A DNA stretch of 64,000 nt, from NCBI GenBank assembly GCA_017499595.2, contig CM039000.1, positions 124,001 to 188,000 of the forward strand, read 5' to 3'. The notes under the pieces were generated by a model. It ran no database searches. It worked only from the letters and a program-made list of their open reading frames with translations, and had not been told where the DNA came from. Shown piece after piece: positions 61,382-64,000 of this stretch (positions within the stretch are counted from its first letter, which is position 1; every line of letters starts with the position of its first letter). The position numbers and the translations under genes are program-made. This DNA is from Psilocybe cubensis (taxonomy: Eukaryota).

Positions 61382-61999
61382 CCACTGAGGGCGCCGACCG
61401 CTGTAAGTTCGACATACAGCACACGTGTATGAAAAACAAACACTCGACAAAGACATATTGTGTTTGGTGGCTGTATGCCGACCAAACACAATTGCTGTAA
61501 GTAGACTGTAAATAGAATAAACACCTAAATTACACAAATTGTGTTTGTCCAGTGTTAGTAAAACATACACATTTTCTGTAAGTAATACAAACAGCACTTA
61601 CTGTAAGTAGAAATTACACACAAAGAAAACAATTTGTGTATGTTATACTTACACAAGTTTTTCAATTCATTTAATGGTGTAAGTCTGACATACACAAATA
61701 GTGTTCTTTGTGTGTAAATTTTACTTACAGAAAGTGCTGTTTGTGTCATTTACAGAAAATGTGTATGTTTTACTAACACTGGACAAACACAATTTGTGTA
61801 ATTTAGGTGTTTATTCTATTTACAGTCTACTTACAGCAATTGTGTTTGGTCGGCATACAGCCACCAAACACAATATGTCTTTGTTAAATTTTTGTATTCC
61901 CGACACATATGCTGTAAGTTGAACATACACCTAAACTTACATAAGACATGTAAGTTTACTGCTGTATGTTTAATTTACAGCAGTCGGCGCCCGCAGTGG
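61382..61999. mobile_element. MITE/foldback element with CCACTG termini (possibly CMC/EnSpm-related)
   Basis: TIR CCACTG(A/C)GGGCGCCGAC(C/T)GCTGTAA at both ends with a 2-bp flanking duplication CT. Internal ~180-bp inverted arms at 61447-61627 and 61704-61884; the same peptide appears in ORFs 61373(-) and 61701(+). Confidence 0.85.
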
Positions 62000-62086
62000 C
62001 TCTTTCATCATCTCTTTCACAAAAGTGAAGACATCGTAGTATCAAAGGGTTTTGGGGACATCATTCACGACAATAATACCATTGTT

Positions 62087-63280
62087 TCAGTTCGTTTGAA
62101 CTCGGAACACTAAATACGTCGGTCGCGAAAGCAGCCACTTCCAGACAACCAGTTCATTGTTTGCGCACGGACCCTCTTCAGCCGCGCATTTGCATGTCGC
62201 AGTCGTTTGTCGTGGGAGTTGCGGTCCCGATATCGCTTCTTCCAATCGCTCGATTGCTGCTCTGCGAATATCCAAGTTGACGATTAAAACAAAGAAGCAA
62301 AGCGCCTTTGGGTATCTGAAAAAGGAGTCATTATTCATAATGCCAAGGTTCGGGGAGTAGCAATGATTTTTTAGAATTTTACAATAAAGAGCGATTGTGC
62401 ACAGCTCTGAGATGTGTTCCAACGATGTGATTTGTATATCGATGTATAAGTACACCTTCAGAAATTGAGGAAAATAAAACAGTACTTTCATCCCACCTTC
62501 GAATCCAACAACACCAACACCACCATCTTACATCGACCAACACATGTTTACTACGTGCTTTGCAGCGCCTTCAATTCAAAACATAAGTGAGCACTACAAC
62601 TATCGACATGTCAGCTCAATTTTGACCCACATCGTTAATAGAGATTTTATGGAGTGCGGGAAACCCACCCCATCGTCGTAAGGTATCCACCCCAACGAAG
62701 ACATATACACATTTCCATGCTCCATCTATACTGGGTCGGTTGTTTCCATCGAGGACTCCAGCACGATTAGATATCTATGGCGTCTTCAAGTTAAGACATT
62801 GGTAAGCATTCATTTGCCCAGCTATTGACGTGGAAATGAAAATCTGACTCTGACTGTAGAGGCCGCATTTAGTTTATACCAAAAAGAGGGGACAAGTGAT
62901 GGGAAGAAGACGTGGGGCAGGACTCCAACACGTCTATCCCAGGGTATATTGTTAAAGATAAAGGTTCTATACACTGTGTTGTTTGTCAATGCTCACCCCA
63001 ATCACGCTGCTAGATATGATTTTGAAAGGAGTGTGTGATTGGAAAGCAATAGAGTGTTTGTTTAGTTTTCTCTTTGCAATTTGTCTCAGTCCAGAGATTC
63101 TTCATCCCAATGTCAATGGACTCGGTATAAACACCGTCGAGCAGGTCACCTAATATATATTTTGTATTTGTAAAAAATTCAGCAAAAACAAGAAAGACTT
63201 TAGTGGAACAGTCCACGCTGGCGACGCAGTCGACTTTGATCAGCCGAATGCCAAGTGGTGACGAAAAGGCGTTTCTTTCT
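62087..63280 (-). pseudogene. Possible degenerate BTB-domain gene
   Basis: AFSSPLGIRLIKVDCVASVDCSTKVFLVFAEFFTNTKYILGDLL loosely resembles an Agaricomycete BTB N-terminus, and a Cys-containing exon RRAAIERLEE...CKC is present. No complete model could be built. Confidence 0.25.
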
Positions 63281-63361
63281 ACTACACAATCTCAACAAAA
63301 CACTTACGACAAGTATTCTATCTTATTCGTAGAACGCATTTTTGCAGTGGTGGACGTGATA

Positions 63362-64000
63362 GAGTGCAGAAATGACATCAACGTCATAGTCCCATTACAG
63401 AGCCATTTTAACCATTGGTTAAACCTCCCTATTTTTGAGATGGGCGAAGGTAGCTCGCAGCCGCGCAACATGTTCCCCTCATACAGAGAGGCGGAACATA
63501 CACATAAAAACGGATCCATTGAACCGAATCACAACCCTGCCTCCGGATCCCTTACAAGCCCCGTCGAGGCGACATACGGCAGTGACCAGATTTTCAACGG
63601 AGGGTATGCTATAGTCCCACCTCTCGATCGCGGAGAACTAATGTTTGAACCAGATGGGAGTGCAGAACTGAAATCAATGTCATAGTTCGATTACAGAGCC
63701 ATTTCAACCGCTGGCTTTACCTCGCTATGTCGAGATGGGCGAAGGTTCCTCGCAGTCGTGCAACATGTTTTCCTCATACAGAGAGGCGGAACATATACAT
63801 ACTAAATCTAAATCCATTGAACCGGATCGCAACCTTGCCTCCGGGTCCCTTACGGGCCCTGTCGAGGCGATATACGGCAGTGACCAGACTGTCCATGGAG
63901 GGTATGTTGTAGTTCCGCCTCTCAATCGAAGAGAACTAATGTCAAATAAATTTGAACCAGATGAGAGTGCCGCATGCGTCTTGGAGAGGTGCAGAGGTAC
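63362..64000 (+). repeat. Tandem ~296-bp repeat, two copies, running to the window end
   Basis: GTCATAG at 63383 and 63679 (period 296); homologous to 59074-59400. Confidence 0.9.

Overview
Eukaryotic, intron-rich fungal DNA, most likely Agaricomycete (short 45-60 nt GT-AG introns and basidiomycete-type gene families). From left to right: a 5'-truncated coiled-coil/Pro-rich gene; an NsdC/Usv1-type C2H2 transcription factor (- strand) in a microsatellite-rich domain; an intact Ty3/gypsy chromovirus with apparently identical LTRs and a 5-bp TSD; an intact MULE-like DDE transposase gene facing a small zinc-finger gene; F-box, MYND and sacsin-like+BTB genes; tRNA-Glu(TTC); a DUF6533 membrane-protein gene; and two non-autonomous TIR elements plus repeats at the right end. 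The main finding is that the C2H2 gene looks dual-coding. A 1100-codon +1-frame ORF overlaps the main frame for about 2.6 kb and opens just before an in-frame UCC_UUU_CGU, the +1 ribosomal frameshift signal known from influenza PA-X. Three more in-frame UCC_UUU_C copies follow. This suggests programmed +1 frameshifting that puts a different Gln/His/Pro-rich C-terminus on the same zinc fingers. Splice models were read by eye, and no database searches were run.
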